Sequence record: PZ452591.1 | Length of the DNA: 64,000 nt | DNA from: a phage | Direction: 5' to 3' (one strand) | In this document: positions 39,399-51,500 of the stretch, one piece after another | How positions within the stretch are numbered: the first letter of the stretch is position 1 | How the letters are laid out: the number at the start of each line of letters is the position of its first letter | Program-made: the position numbers and the translations under genes | The notes under the pieces: model-generated | What the model was told of the DNA's origin: nothing | The model's input: only the letters and a program-made list of their open reading frames with translations | The model's database searches: none

Positions 39399-39644
39399 TT
39401 ATTTTTTACGAAAAATTGATTTATTTTCTGCTGCCCATTTTTCAATAACTGCAGCAGGACCAGTAACAACAATTTTATCACCGTAATCTTCTGCGGCGAG
39501 TTGACCGAAATTATCTAATGCATCACGAAGAACTCCATGAGGCATTTCACCCATTTTATCTTTCTTGCCAGTGTAAATAAACTCAACTTTTACATCAGCA
39601 GTTTCAGCAATAAATTCTTGGTAAGTTTTCATTTTGATTTCCAT
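39399..39644 (-). CDS. internal protein with capsid-targeting sequence (IPI locus); likely start MKTYQEF at 39630-39632
   Basis: MKTYQEFIAE CTS after a 4-codon track extension; small basic protein. Confidence 0.55.
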   Translation of the reverse strand: MEIKMKTYQEFIAETADVKVEFIYTGKKDKMGEMPHGVLRDALDNFGQLAAEDYGDKIVVTGPAAVIEKWAAENKSIFRKK

Positions 39645-39660
39645 TTGGTTTTGTTTTGAT

Positions 39661-39720
39661 AGGGTAATAGTATCACAACTAAAACCCTATGTAAACAACT
39701 TTGTGAAATTATTTTAAATC
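39661..39720 (-). promoter_or_regulatory. early promoter/stem-loop cassette plus 31-bp repeat copy A
   Basis: GTTTAC (39691-39696), -10 TGATACTAT in inverted repeat; 31 bp at 39690-39720 identical to 40021-40051. Confidence 0.6.
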
Positions 39721-39966
39721 TTCTAATCGTTTCTTCATCTTAGAACCATTTTTAGCAATTTCTCCTGCATCGGAGCATAATGCTAAAAGTGCTTTAACTT
39801 TAGTTTGGTCTCCTTTAAAAGATGAAGGATCGACCGCAGCAGCAAGTTCTTTAATACGAGAGAAAAGACGCTCAGCTTCAGCTAAAGCCATTCCAAGCTT
39901 TACTTCCATACCGTGGGAAGATTCAGTGATAGTAGTTTTTGTAGCAAACTCTTTGAAAGTTTTCAT
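39709..39966 (-). CDS. CTS-bearing small protein (candidate injected internal protein)
   Basis: 85 aa; N-terminus MKTFKEFATK resembles the internal-protein CTS; its last codons (DLK-stop) and 3' flank are identical to those of 57B. Confidence 0.5.
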   Translation of the reverse strand: MKTFKEFATKTTITESSHGMEVKLGMALAEAERLFSRIKELAAAVDPSSFKGDQTKVKALLALCSDAGEIAKNGSKMKKRLEDLK

Positions 39967-39988
39967 TTTTATTTTCCTAATTAATTTT

Positions 39989-40724
<736 letters not shown>

Positions 40725-40725
<1 letters not shown>

Positions 40726-41450
40726 TATAGTACCTTTAGTGTATTTTTAATTTTAGAAAAAAGTTCTTCAAGAGAACCATCGTTTGTAATTACTAAATCG
40801 CCATCACGAATTGGCAATCCAGCTTCTGTAATATGTGTATCATTGGATTTTTGACCAGGACGAACTACATGAATTACTGTAGCACCCATCGCCCTAGCCG
40901 CATCCATTTCATGATCTTGACGGGTATCAGGAACGATATAATAATCATAACCTGAGTTAAATTTATCAAGATAATCTAAAGCAAATAATTTTACCCAGTA
41001 CATGCGGTCGAAGTTATTAACAATCAAATCCGTACCTAGGGCTTGCATCAGACGACGGACTGACCATTGATCTTCAATATTATTTATAACGTCAGTAATT
41101 TTGTTAAATGCTACGAAATTAACTGATTCTTTTCCTTCGTCATCAAAAACAAACACACCTTTAATTGGGCTTTTACCATTAAGATAGCAAAATGCTTGTT
41201 CCATAATCGTGATTACTTCTAATTTAGTCAGATTTAAATTAGTCTCACGATCATAGTCAATTCCTTCAAACTCTTTACGAGTTAAGCAAGGATAGTCGGT
41301 GTTTGCTGCAAATACTCCCCATGCATAAGCCAATGCATCCTTAATAGGACCAGCAAGTTGGTATTTAACTGCAGAATAATTACTCATGATAAAATCAGCA
41401 GTAGTATCTTTTCCACTACGCTTTACACCGCTTAAAAAGATTAGTTTCAT
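40725..41450 (-). CDS. 1: deoxynucleoside monophosphate kinase gp1
   Basis: 241 aa from MKLIFLSGVKRSGKDTTADF (P-loop); track ORF has 13 extra N-terminal codons. Confidence 0.85.
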
Positions 41451-41499
41451 GTGTTTCTCCTCAAATTTAATTAAGATTATAACACACAAAACTGAAGCA

Positions 41500-42030
41500 T
41501 TAAACTTCTGCTATAATTTTACCATCTTTTTCTACTTGAAAATAGGTGTAAGGAATCGTTGCTGTACATACTAAAGCCGGGTCTGAATCTTCCGTGTAGC
41601 TAAATTCTACTTCAGACAGGTCAGAAACCCAAGGCTTATAAAAATTTATTGACATCACGATTTCAGTTTTGCTATTATCTAAGATGTAAAGCGTAATGTA
41701 TTCAGGACCTGTTTTTTGGGCAGTATTTTCACCTGTAAGATAGTTGCTAGTTCCTAGCATCCATTCATACATTCCTATCCATGACTTAAGTTCTTCATCA
41801 ACTATAAATCTCACGATGAGTGGATCGTACTCAAATGTAGCACCTGGACGTTGTGCTCGACCAAGTCCAAACGGCCCAGTCACGGTATCAGTAACAGGTA
41901 TTCTAATTCCTGGAATAGGAACTGACTGAGCATTTAAAGTAAAAGCAGATGTAGTATTACTATGTGGTATTGATACTACAAAGTTAGTTGTATTTGCTTG
42001 GTTAAAAATTTGTTGCAGAGCTTGCGACAT
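41500..42030 (-). CDS. 3: tail completion / sheath stabiliser gp3
   Basis: 176 aa from internal Met MSQALQQIF, matching T4 gp3 length; gene order 1-3-2-4. Confidence 0.65.
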   Translation of the reverse strand: MSQALQQIFNQANTTNFVVSIPHSNTTSAFTLNAQSVPIPGIRIPVTDTVTGPFGLGRAQRPGATFEYDPLIVRFIVDEELKSWIGMYEWMLGTSNYLTGENTAQKTGPEYITLYILDNSKTEIVMSINFYKPWVSDLSEVEFSYTEDSDPALVCTATIPYTYFQVEKDGKIIAEV

Positions 42031-42127
42031 ATATTCCTCATAATGCTTTATAACTGTTGGTGGTATAATGGGTCTAAGTCCCTTCCATTCAATTCCATTT
42101 AGAACAAACAACAGAAAAGAATGGAAG

Positions 42128-42153
42128 ATAATAGAATTAGATAATAGAATTAG
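42128..42153. repeat. 13-bp perfect tandem duplication (ATAATAGAATTAG x2)
   Basis: seen directly at the 3' end of gene 2. Confidence 0.7.
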
Positions 42154-42974
42154 ATATTTGACCAGACTTTGTTTGCAGAGAAACGTTTTCCTTTTGAAAC
42201 GAACTGCTGAAGTGGCATTAACACAACGTTCGCCCAGTCTTTCGGGGCGATTTCAACAAGGCTACCCATAACATTACCAGGTATATATGCCTTAATCATT
42301 TGGTCTGCACCCCTAAATCCTTTCACTTGACTCCAATCAATTTTTAATTTCGTTTTATTAGTAATAGTCGGTGTATTTGCATATTGCTTTAAAAGCTCTT
42401 CTAGGAATTGCTGGCGAGCTTTAGGTGGAATATAGTGCAAGTTCAATCCGTACATTAAATTATGCTTACCTAAACCAAGGTAAATTATTAAAGGAAATTT
42501 ATCCCAGTAAGGAAGAGTTTCCTTGTGTTTAGCATCATAAGCAAAAGCATATATTCGTCCCGGCTGCGGGCGAACAACTTTATGTCCTTTTACTTGCTTA
42601 ATAGTTTCAGCAAACCACTTTCTGGTTTTATTATTAATTGCTGCACCTTCATTACGAATTTTATCACGCAATGTTTGTCTGAATGAATTTATCATAAGCA
42701 GTTGTCTTTCTTGCTTATTGAGTTTATTCATTGGTTTTGATTCAAGCTTTTGAATCTTTTCAGCCGTTTTAATTCCTGAAGCATATTTTGACATTGCCGA
42801 AGTAAACGTAGAGTATTTAATTCCTCTTTCTTCAGCAAATTGCTTTCCTGTCATTCCTTTTGCTTTGGCCTTTTTATATTCAAGACCTATCTGAATCCAT
42901 TTCTTTTCGTTTAATGATTGCTTAACCTTTGGAACTTGGGGAGTGCTTTCATTAATTATTTGAAAAATAGCCAT
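42150..42974 (-). CDS. 2: DNA end-protector protein gp2
   Basis: 274 aa; length and position as T4 gp2. Confidence 0.75.
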   Translation of the reverse strand: MAIFQIINESTPQVPKVKQSLNEKKWIQIGLEYKKAKAKGMTGKQFAEERGIKYSTFTSAMSKYASGIKTAEKIQKLESKPMNKLNKQERQLLMINSFRQTLRDKIRNEGAAINNKTRKWFAETIKQVKGHKVVRPQPGRIYAFAYDAKHKETLPYWDKFPLIIYLGLGKHNLMYGLNLHYIPPKARQQFLEELLKQYANTPTITNKTKLKIDWSQVKGFRGADQMIKAYIPGNVMGSLVEIAPKDWANVVLMPLQQFVSKGKRFSANKVWSNI

Positions 42975-43426
42975 TATGCCCCCTTAAAGCCAAGAGCTCG
43001 TAATCCATCTTCTGTTAGAATTCTAAATTTTATTCCACGCTTTTCAGCTAAAGATTGTGCTGCTTTCCATTTGTCGGTGTTCACAGACCAGGTATAAATT
43101 TCATTCATAAATCTTTTCTTCGCTGCTGTTGTTAGATGCGCCGGTTTAACTGGTGGTTGTGTTTCTTTTTTAGGTTTTATTTCAATAAAAAATTCTTGTC
43201 CAGAAGAATCTTTCATCCAAATATCCATGAAGTATCTACGTTTTTTCCCTTCTGCATTACAAAAATAAGGAATTACTGCTGTTTCACTACCCCATGCAAT
43301 AATTTCTGGATTTTTATCTAACCATTCAAAAAAGAATTTTTCCCAATTTGATCTATACGTAATTTTTTTAGGGTCACCTCTATACTTTGATATATTTTTA
43401 GGAACCCATTTTCCAGAATATGCCAT
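42974..43426 (-). CDS. 4: head completion protein gp4
   Basis: 150 aa; ATG overlaps gp2 start region; length as T4 gp4. Confidence 0.7.
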   Translation of the reverse strand: MAYSGKWVPKNISKYRGDPKKITYRSNWEKFFFEWLDKNPEIIAWGSETAVIPYFCNAEGKKRRYFMDIWMKDSSGQEFFIEIKPKKETQPPVKPAHLTTAAKKRFMNEIYTWSVNTDKWKAAQSLAEKRGIKFRILTEDGLRALGFKGA

Positions 43427-43437
43427 TGGATTCTCCT

Positions 43438-43460
43438 TATAAATAGATAATATATTTATA
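43438..43460. promoter_or_regulatory. divergent late promoters for gene 53 (plus) and gene 4 (minus)
   Basis: TATAAATA on plus strand at 43438-43445; TATAAATA on minus strand at 43453-43460. Confidence 0.7.
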
Positions 43461-43473
43461 AACAGGAGGGCCC

Positions 43474-44064
43474 ATGCTCTTTACATTTTTTGATCCGATT
43501 GAATATGCGGCCAAAACGGTGAATAAAAACGCGCCGACTATTCCTATGACAGATATTTTTAGAAACTATAAAGACTATTTTAAACGCGCTCTTGCGGGAT
43601 ACCGCTTACGTACTTATTATATCAAAGGTTCACCACGCCCGGAAGAATTAGCAAATACTATATATGGAAATCCACAGCTGTATTGGGTTTTATTGATGTG
43701 TAATGATAATTATGATCCGTATTATGGATGGATTACTTCACAAGAAGCAGCTTATCAAGCATCTATACAAAAATACAAAAATGTAGGTGGAGACCAGATA
43801 GTATATCATGTGAATGAGAATGGTGAAAAATTTTATAATTTAATATCATACGATGATAATCCATATGTTTGGTATGATAAAGGTGATAAAGCTAGAAAAT
43901 ATCCTCAATATGAAGGAGCACTTGCTGCTGTTAATACGTATGAAGATGCTGTTCTTGAAAATGAAAAACTTCGTCAAATAAAAATAATAGCAAAATCAGA
44001 CATTAATTCATTTATGAACGACCTTATACGTATAATGGAGAAATCTTATGGAAATGATAAGTAA
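43474..44064 (+). CDS. 53: baseplate wedge protein gp53
   Basis: 196 aa; GGAGGG RBS; position before gene 5. Confidence 0.8.
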   Translation: MLFTFFDPIEYAAKTVNKNAPTIPMTDIFRNYKDYFKRALAGYRLRTYYIKGSPRPEELANTIYGNPQLYWVLLMCNDNYDPYYGWITSQEAAYQASIQKYKNVGGDQIVYHVNENGEKFYNLISYDDNPYVWYDKGDKARKYPQYEGALAAVNTYEDAVLENEKLRQIKIIAKSDINSFMNDLIRIMEKSYGNDK

Positions 44065-45775
44065 TAACCTTAATTGGTTTGTTGGTGTTGTTGAAGATAG
44101 AATGGACCCATTAAAATTAGGTCGTGTTCGTGTTCGTGTGGTTGGTCTGCATCCACCTCAAAGAGCACAAGGCGATGTAATGGGTATTCCAACTGAAAAA
44201 TTACCATGGATGTCAGTTATTCAACCTATAACTTCTGCAGCAATGTCTGGAATTGGAGGTTCTGTTACTGGACCGGTAGAAGGAACTAGAGTTTATGGTC
44301 ATTTTTTAGACAAATGGAAAACTAACGGAATTGTCCTTGGCACGTATGGTGGAATAGTTCGCGAAAAACCGAATAGACTTGAAGGATTTTCTGACCCAAC
44401 TGGGCAATATCCTAGACGTTTAGGAAATGATACTAATGTATTAAACCAAGGCGGAGAAGTAGGATATGATTCGTCTTCTAACATTATCCAAGATAGTAAC
44501 TTAGACACTGCAATAAATCCCGATGATAGACCACTATCAGAGATTCCAACCGATGATAATCCAAATATGTCAATGGCTGACATGCTTCGCCGTGATGAAG
44601 GATTAAGACTAAAAGTTTATTGGGATACTGAAGGATATCCGACAATTGGTATTGGTCATCTTATCATGAAGCAGCCAGTTCGTGATATGGCTCAAATTAA
44701 TAAAGTTTTATCAAAACAAGTTGGTCGTGAAATTACTGGAAACCCAGGTTCTATTACGATGGAAGAGGCGACGACTTTATTTGAACGTGATTTGGCTGAT
44801 ATGCAACGGGACATTAAATCACATTCTAAAGTAGGACCAGTCTGGCAAGCTGTCAACCGTTCTCGTCAAATGGCGTTAGAAAATATGGCATTTCAAATGG
44901 GTGTTGGCGGTGTAGCTAAATTTAACACAATGTTAACTGCTATGTTAGCCGGAGATTGGGAAAAAGCATATAAAGCAGGTCGTGATTCATTGTGGTATCA
45001 ACAAACAAAAGGCCGTGCATCCCGTGTTACCATGATTATTCTTACGGGGAATTTGGAATCATATGGTGTTGAAGTGAAAACCCCAGCTAGGTCTCTATCA
45101 GCAATGGCTGCTACTGTAGCTAAATCTTCTGACCCGGCTGACCCTCCTATTCCAAATGACTCGAGAATTTTATTCAAAGAACCAGTTTCTTCATATAAAG
45201 GTGAATATCCTTATGTGCATACAATGGAAACTGAAAGCGGACATATTCAGGAATTTGATGATACTCCTGGGCAAGAACGATACAGATTAGTTCATCCGAC
45301 TGGAACTTATGAAGAAGTATCACCGTCAGGAAGAAGAACAAGAAAAACTGTTGATAATTTGTATGATATAACCAACGCTGATGGTAATTTTTTGGTAGCC
45401 GGTGATAAAAAGACTAACGTCGGTGGATCAGAAATTTATTACAACATGGATAATCGTCTTCACCAAATAGATGGAAGCAATACAATATTTGTACGTGGCG
45501 ATGAAACTAAGACGGTTGAAGGTAATGGAACTATCCTAGTTAAAGGTAATGTTACTATTGTAGTTGAAGGTAATGCTGACATCACAGTTAAAGGAGATGC
45601 TACCACTTTAGTTGAAGGTAATCAAACTAATACAGTAAATGGAAATCTTTCTTGGAAAGTTGCTGGGACAGTTGATTGGGACGTTGGTGGTGATTGGACA
45701 GAAAAAATGGCATCTATGAGTTCTATTTCATCCGGTCAATACACAATTGATGGATCGAGGATTGACATTGGCTAA
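44048..45775 (+). CDS. 5: baseplate hub / tail lysozyme gp5
   Basis: 575 aa; internal T4-lysozyme-like domain (LRLKVYWDTEGYPTIGIGH); C-terminal VEGN beta-helix repeats. Confidence 0.9.
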   Translation: MEMISNNLNWFVGVVEDRMDPLKLGRVRVRVVGLHPPQRAQGDVMGIPTEKLPWMSVIQPITSAAMSGIGGSVTGPVEGTRVYGHFLDKWKTNGIVLGTYGGIVREKPNRLEGFSDPTGQYPRRLGNDTNVLNQGGEVGYDSSSNIIQDSNLDTAINPDDRPLSEIPTDDNPNMSMADMLRRDEGLRLKVYWDTEGYPTIGIGHLIMKQPVRDMAQINKVLSKQVGREITGNPGSITMEEATTLFERDLADMQRDIKSHSKVGPVWQAVNRSRQMALENMAFQMGVGGVAKFNTMLTAMLAGDWEKAYKAGRDSLWYQQTKGRASRVTMIILTGNLESYGVEVKTPARSLSAMAATVAKSSDPADPPIPNDSRILFKEPVSSYKGEYPYVHTMETESGHIQEFDDTPGQERYRLVHPTGTYEEVSPSGRRTRKTVDNLYDITNADGNFLVAGDKKTNVGGSEIYYNMDNRLHQIDGSNTIFVRGDETKTVEGNGTILVKGNVTIVVEGNADITVKGDATTLVEGNQTNTVNGNLSWKVAGTVDWDVGGDWTEKMASMSSISSGQYTIDGSRIDIG

Positions 45776-46304
45776 TATACTTCCAATGAGCGCTGATTTA
45801 GGAGAATCCATGGAAGGTTCTTCTATCGACGTCACCTTTACCGCTCAATTAGAAACAGGTGAAACGTTAGTATCTATAAATATAACTAGTTACGAAGAAA
45901 CTCCTGGGGTTTTAGTAGAAGAAAATCGCTTATATGGAACATATGAATCTGTGTTTGGATTTGGAAATGACGCGTTGAAATATCGTTTAGGCGATGAATT
46001 TAAAACTGCTGCTTCATGGGAAGAACTTCCTACTGATTCTGATACTCAGTTGTATTTGTGGAAAGCTCCTCAGAACCTCCAGAAGACATTCACTTACGAA
46101 GTAACATTAATATATGACTACCAAGAACAAAATGAATCTGGAGGTTCTGGCAGTAATTCTAGGTCATCCTCTGATACTACTGAACCGACGGATCCTCCTG
46201 CTCCAGTAAGAAAAACTCTAGTTAAAAATTACACAAAAACTATAGTTGGAAATTGGAGTCGTTGGGCTAATAAATTAAGAAGCTATGTATATGAGAGGTC
46301 ATAA
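45747..46304 (+). CDS. hypothetical protein gp5.1-like (start probably MSADLG at 45786)
   Basis: track ORF overlaps gp5 3' end; Ser/Gly-rich linker. Confidence 0.5.
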
Positions 46305-46598
46305 ATGTCAGGATTGAGTTATGATAAGTGTGTTACTGCTGGCCATGAAGCGTGGCCTCCAACAGTTGTGAATGCTACGCAAAGTAAAGTATTCACTGGA
46401 GGAATTGCTGTTCTAGTAGCAGGCGATCCAATTACAGAACATACAGAAATTAAAAAGCCATATGAAACACATGGCGGAGTGACACAACCTAGAACTTCTA
46501 AGGTATATGTCACTGGAAAGAAAGCTGTTCAAATGGCTGATCCAATATCATGCGGTGATACTGTGGCTCAGGCATCATCTAAAGTATTCATTAAATAG
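46305..46598 (+). CDS. 5.4: spike-tip protein gp5.4 (PAAR-like)
   Basis: 97 aa, position after gp5/5.1 as in T4. Confidence 0.65.
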
Positions 46599-46606
46599 GA
46601 TTTAAA

Positions 46607-48589
46607 ATGGCAAATACCCCTGTAAATTATCAATTAACAAGAACAGCAAATGCTATTCCCGAGATATTCGTCGGGGGTACGTTTGCTGAAATAAAACAAA
46701 ACCTCATTGAATGGCTTAATGGCCAAAATGAATTTTTGGATTATGATTTTGAAGGCTCAAGATTAAACGTTCTGTGTGACCTTTTAGCTTATAATACATT
46801 GTACATTCAACAGTTTGGTAATGCTGCTGTGTATGAAAGCTTTATGCGTACTGCTAACTTACGAAGTTCAGTTGTTCAAGCTGCACAAGATAATGGATAT
46901 TTACCTACTTCAAAATCCGCTGCGCAGACCGAAATTATGTTAACATGTACTGACGCATTGAATAGGAATTACATCACAATTCCTCGCGGAACTCGCTTTT
47001 TAGCATATGCAAAAGATACTTCTGTTAATCCATATAACTTCGTTTCTACCGAAGACGTTATTGCTATTCGTGATAAAAATAACCAATATTTTCCGCGTTT
47101 AAAATTGGCCCAGGGACGTATAGTAAGAACTGAAATCATTTATGATAAATTGACACCTATTATCATTTATGATAAAAATATTGATAGAAACCAGGTTAAA
47201 TTATATGTTGATGGAGCGGAATGGATTAACTGGACGAGAAAGTCAATGGTTCATGCTGGTTCAACATCAACGATTTACTATATGCGTGAAACTATTGATG
47301 GAAACACTGAATTCTATTTTGGTGAAGGTGAAATTTCTGTTAATGCTTCTGAAGGAGCTTTGACCGCTAATTATATCGGAGGTCTCAAACCTACTCAGAA
47401 CTCTACGATTGTTATTGAGTACATTAGTACTAATGGTGCTGACGCGAACGGAGCAGTCGGATTTTCATACGCAGATACATTAACAAATATAACTATCATC
47501 AATATTAATGAAAATCCAAACGGTGACCCAGATTTTGTTGGGGCAGATGGTGGCGGTGATCCAGAAGATATTGAGCGTATTCGCGAATTGGGTACTATTA
47601 AACGCGAAACCCAGCAACGATGCGTAACTGCAACTGACTATGATACATTCGTTTCAGAGAGATTTGGTTCTATTATTCAAGCTGTTCAGACTTTCACTGA
47701 TTCTACTAAACCTGGGTATGCATTTATTGCTGCTAAACCTAAATCAGGATTGTATTTAACTACTGTACAACGTGAAGATATTAAAAATTATCTCAAAGAC
47801 TATAATTTAGCTCCTATTACGCCATCAATTATTTCTCCTAATTATCTTTTTATTAAGACTAATTTAAAAGTCACATATGCTTTAAATAAACTGCAAGAAT
47901 CCGAGCAGTGGCTTGAAGGTCAAATAATTGATAAAATTGATCGCTATTATACCGAAGATGTAGAAATTTTTAACTCGTCTTTCGCTAAATCTAAGATGTT
48001 GACATATGTAGATGATGCAGATCATTCTGTCATTGGTTCATCAGCGACTATTCAAATGGTTCGTGAAGTACAAAACTTCTATAAAACGCCTGAAGCGGGT
48101 ATTAAATACAATAATCAAATAAAAGATCGTTCTATGGAATCTAATACGTTTTCATTTAATTCTGGACGAAAGGTTGTAAATCCTGATACTGGTTTAGAAG
48201 AAGATGTATTATATGATGTTCGTATAGTATCAACAGACCGAGATTCTAAAGGAATTGGTAAAGTTATTATTGGTCCATTTGCTTCTGGCGATGTTACAGA
48301 AAATGAAAACATTCAGCCATATACAGGCAATGATTTTAATAAATTAGCAAATTCTGATGGACGCGACAAATACTATGTTATCGGTGAAATAAATTATCCG
48401 GCTGGCATGATTTATTGGAATATCGCTAAAATTAATTTAACATCTGAAAAATTTGAGGTTCAGACTATTGAATTATATTCTGACCCAACCGATGATGTTA
48501 TCTTTACCCGTGATGGTTCACTGATTGTATTTGAAAATGATTTACGTCCGCAATACTTAACTATCGATTTGGAGCCTATATCACAATGA
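46607..48589 (+). CDS. 6: baseplate wedge protein gp6
   Basis: 660 aa, size and order as T4. Confidence 0.85.
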   Translation: MANTPVNYQLTRTANAIPEIFVGGTFAEIKQNLIEWLNGQNEFLDYDFEGSRLNVLCDLLAYNTLYIQQFGNAAVYESFMRTANLRSSVVQAAQDNGYLPTSKSAAQTEIMLTCTDALNRNYITIPRGTRFLAYAKDTSVNPYNFVSTEDVIAIRDKNNQYFPRLKLAQGRIVRTEIIYDKLTPIIIYDKNIDRNQVKLYVDGAEWINWTRKSMVHAGSTSTIYYMRETIDGNTEFYFGEGEISVNASEGALTANYIGGLKPTQNSTIVIEYISTNGADANGAVGFSYADTLTNITIININENPNGDPDFVGADGGGDPEDIERIRELGTIKRETQQRCVTATDYDTFVSERFGSIIQAVQTFTDSTKPGYAFIAAKPKSGLYLTTVQREDIKNYLKDYNLAPITPSIISPNYLFIKTNLKVTYALNKLQESEQWLEGQIIDKIDRYYTEDVEIFNSSFAKSKMLTYVDDADHSVIGSSATIQMVREVQNFYKTPEAGIKYNNQIKDRSMESNTFSFNSGRKVVNPDTGLEEDVLYDVRIVSTDRDSKGIGKVIIGPFASGDVTENENIQPYTGNDFNKLANSDGRDKYYVIGEINYPAGMIYWNIAKINLTSEKFEVQTIELYSDPTDDVIFTRDGSLIVFENDLRPQYLTIDLEPISQ

Positions 48590-51500
48590 CAGTAAAAGCA
48601 CCTTCAGTCACTAGTCTCAGAATTTCCAAGTTATCCGCAAATCAGGTGCAAGTACGCTGGGATGACGTTGGTGCTAATTTCTACTATTTTGTAGAAATCG
48701 CTGAGACAAAAACAGACTCGGGGGAAAATCTCCCGAGTGATCAATATCGTTGGATTAATTTAGGATATACAGCAAACAATAGTTTCTTTTTTGATGATGC
48801 TGATCCACTAACATCATACATCATTAGAGTAGCTACAGCTGCACAAGATTTTGAGCAATCTGATTGGGTTTATACGGAAGAGTTTGAAACTTTTGCTACG
48901 AATGCTTACACATTTCAAAACATGATTGAAATGCAATTAGCCAATAAATTCATTCAGGAAAAATTTACTCTTAACAATTCTAATTATGTCAATTTTAATA
49001 ATGACACTATAATGGCTGCATTGATGAATGAATCGTTCCAATTCAGCCCATCATATGTTGATGTTTCATCAATCAGTAATTTTATTATTGGTGAAAATGA
49101 GTATCATGAAATACAAGGTTCCATTCAGCAAGTATGTAAGGATATTAACCGAGTTTATTTGATGGAATCAGAAGGGATTCTATATCTTTTTGAGCGTTAT
49201 CAACCCGTGGTTAAAGTATCTAATGATAAAGGACAAACCTGGAAAGCTGTAAAGCTCTTCAATGACCGTGTAGGATATCCTTTATCTAAGACAGTATATT
49301 ACCAATCTGCAAACACAACATACGTTCTAGGATACGACAAGATTTTCTACGGCCGTAAATCTACTGATGTTAGATGGTCAGCTGATGATGTCAGATTTAG
49401 TTCGCAGGATATAACATTTGCTAAACTTGGTGACCAATTGCATCTAGGATTTGATGTAGAAATTTTTGCCACTTACGCGACTTTACCAGCGAATGTATAC
49501 CGCATTGCAGAAGCTATTACTTGCACCGATGATTACATTTACGTTGTCGCCAGAGATAAAGTTAGATACATAAAAACGAGTAATGCACCTATAGATTCTG
49601 ATCCATTATCTCCAACATATTCGGAAAGACTTTTTGAACCTGATACAATGACTATAACTGGAAATCCTAAAGCAGTATGCTATAAAATGGATTCTATCGG
49701 TGATAAAGTTTTTGCTCTTATTATTGGTGAAGTTGAAACATTAAATGCCAATCCGAGAACTTCAAAAATAATTGATTCTGCTGATAAAGGAATATATGTT
49801 TTAAATCATGACGAAAAAACATGGAAAAGAGTTTTCGGTAATACCGAAGAAGAAAGAAGACGTATTCAACCCGGATATGCGAATATGTCAACTGACGGTA
49901 AATTAGTTTCTCTATCTTCGAGTAATTTTAAATTTTTAAGTGATAACATTGTTAATGACCCTGAAACTGCAGCAAAATATCAGTTAATCGGTGCTGTTAA
50001 ATATGAATTTCCTCGTGAATGGTTAGCTGATAAGCATTATCATATGATGGCATTTATAGCGGATGAAAAATCTGATTGGGAGACTTTTACTCCTCAACCA
50101 ATGAAATACTACGCAGAACCGTTCTTTAACTGGTCTAAAAAATCTAACACACGCTGTTGGATAAACAATTCTGATAGAGCTGTAGTAGTTTATGCTGATT
50201 TAAAATACACTAAAGTTATAGAAAATATTCCGGAAACATCACCAGATAGATTAGTTCATGAATACTGGGATGATGGTGATTGCACTATAGTAATGCCAAA
50301 TGTTAAATTCACTGGATTTAAAAAATATGCATCAGGAATGCTTTTCTATAAAGCCTCTGGTGAAATAATTTCTTACTATGATTTTAACTATCGTGTGAGA
50401 GATACAGTAGAAATTATTTGGAAGCCGACTGGAGTATTTTTAAAAGCATTTTTACAAAACCAAGAGCATGAGACTCCTTGGTCACCAGAAGAAGAGCATG
50501 GATTAGCTGATCCTGATTTAAGACCATTAATTGGCACAATGATGCCTGATTCTTATTTGTTGCAGGATTCGAATTTTGAGGCATTTTGCGAAGCATATAT
50601 TCAGTATCTTTCTGATGGATATGGAACTCAGTATAACAATTTACGAAATTTAATTCGTAATCAGTATCCACGAGAAGAGCATGCATGGGAATATTTGTGG
50701 TCAGAGATATATAAAAGAAACATTTATTTGAACGCGGATAAGCGAGATGCTGTTGCAAGATTTTTTGAATCACGTAGCTATGATTTTTATTCTACTAAAG
50801 GAATTGAAGCATCATACAAGTTTCTTTTTAAAGTTCTTTATAATGAAGAAGTTGAAATTGAAATTGAATCTGGGGCTGGTACTGAATATGACATAATCGT
50901 TCAATCTGATTCTTTGACTGAAGATTTAGTAGGACAAACGATTTATACAGCCACAGGAAGATGTAATGTTACTTATATAGAAAGAAGTTATTCTAATGGT
51001 AAATTGCAATGGACCGTAACTATTCATAATCTTTTGGGAAGATTAATTGCTGGTCAAGAAGTTAAAGCAGAAAGACTCCCTAGTTTTGAAGGCGAAATTA
51101 TTCGTGGAGTTAAAGGAAAGGATTTGCTTCAAAACAATATAGACTATATTAATAGAAGTAGATCATACTATGTAATGAAAATTAAATCCAATTTACCTTC
51201 TTCCCGCTGGAAATCTGACGTTATTCGTTTTGTTCATCCAGTAGGATTTGGATTTATAGCAATTACCCTTTTAACGATGTTTATTAATGTTGGTTTAACT
51301 CTTAAACATACAGAGACTATAATTAATAAATACAAAAACTATAAATGGGATTCTGGATTGCCTACTGAATATGCTGATAGAGTAGCTAAATTAACTCCAA
51401 CCGGTGAAATTGAGCATGATTCAGTAACAGGCGAAGCAATTTATGAGCCTGGCTCAATGGCTGGTGTAGAATATCCTCTTCCTGATGACTATAATGCTGA

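Noticed and set aside
42055-42070. Plus-strand TGGTATAAT -10-like sequence inside the gene 3 upstream region
   Set aside because: No GTTTAC-type -35 at the right spacing and no plus-strand gene downstream; likely chance occurrence in AT-rich sequence.
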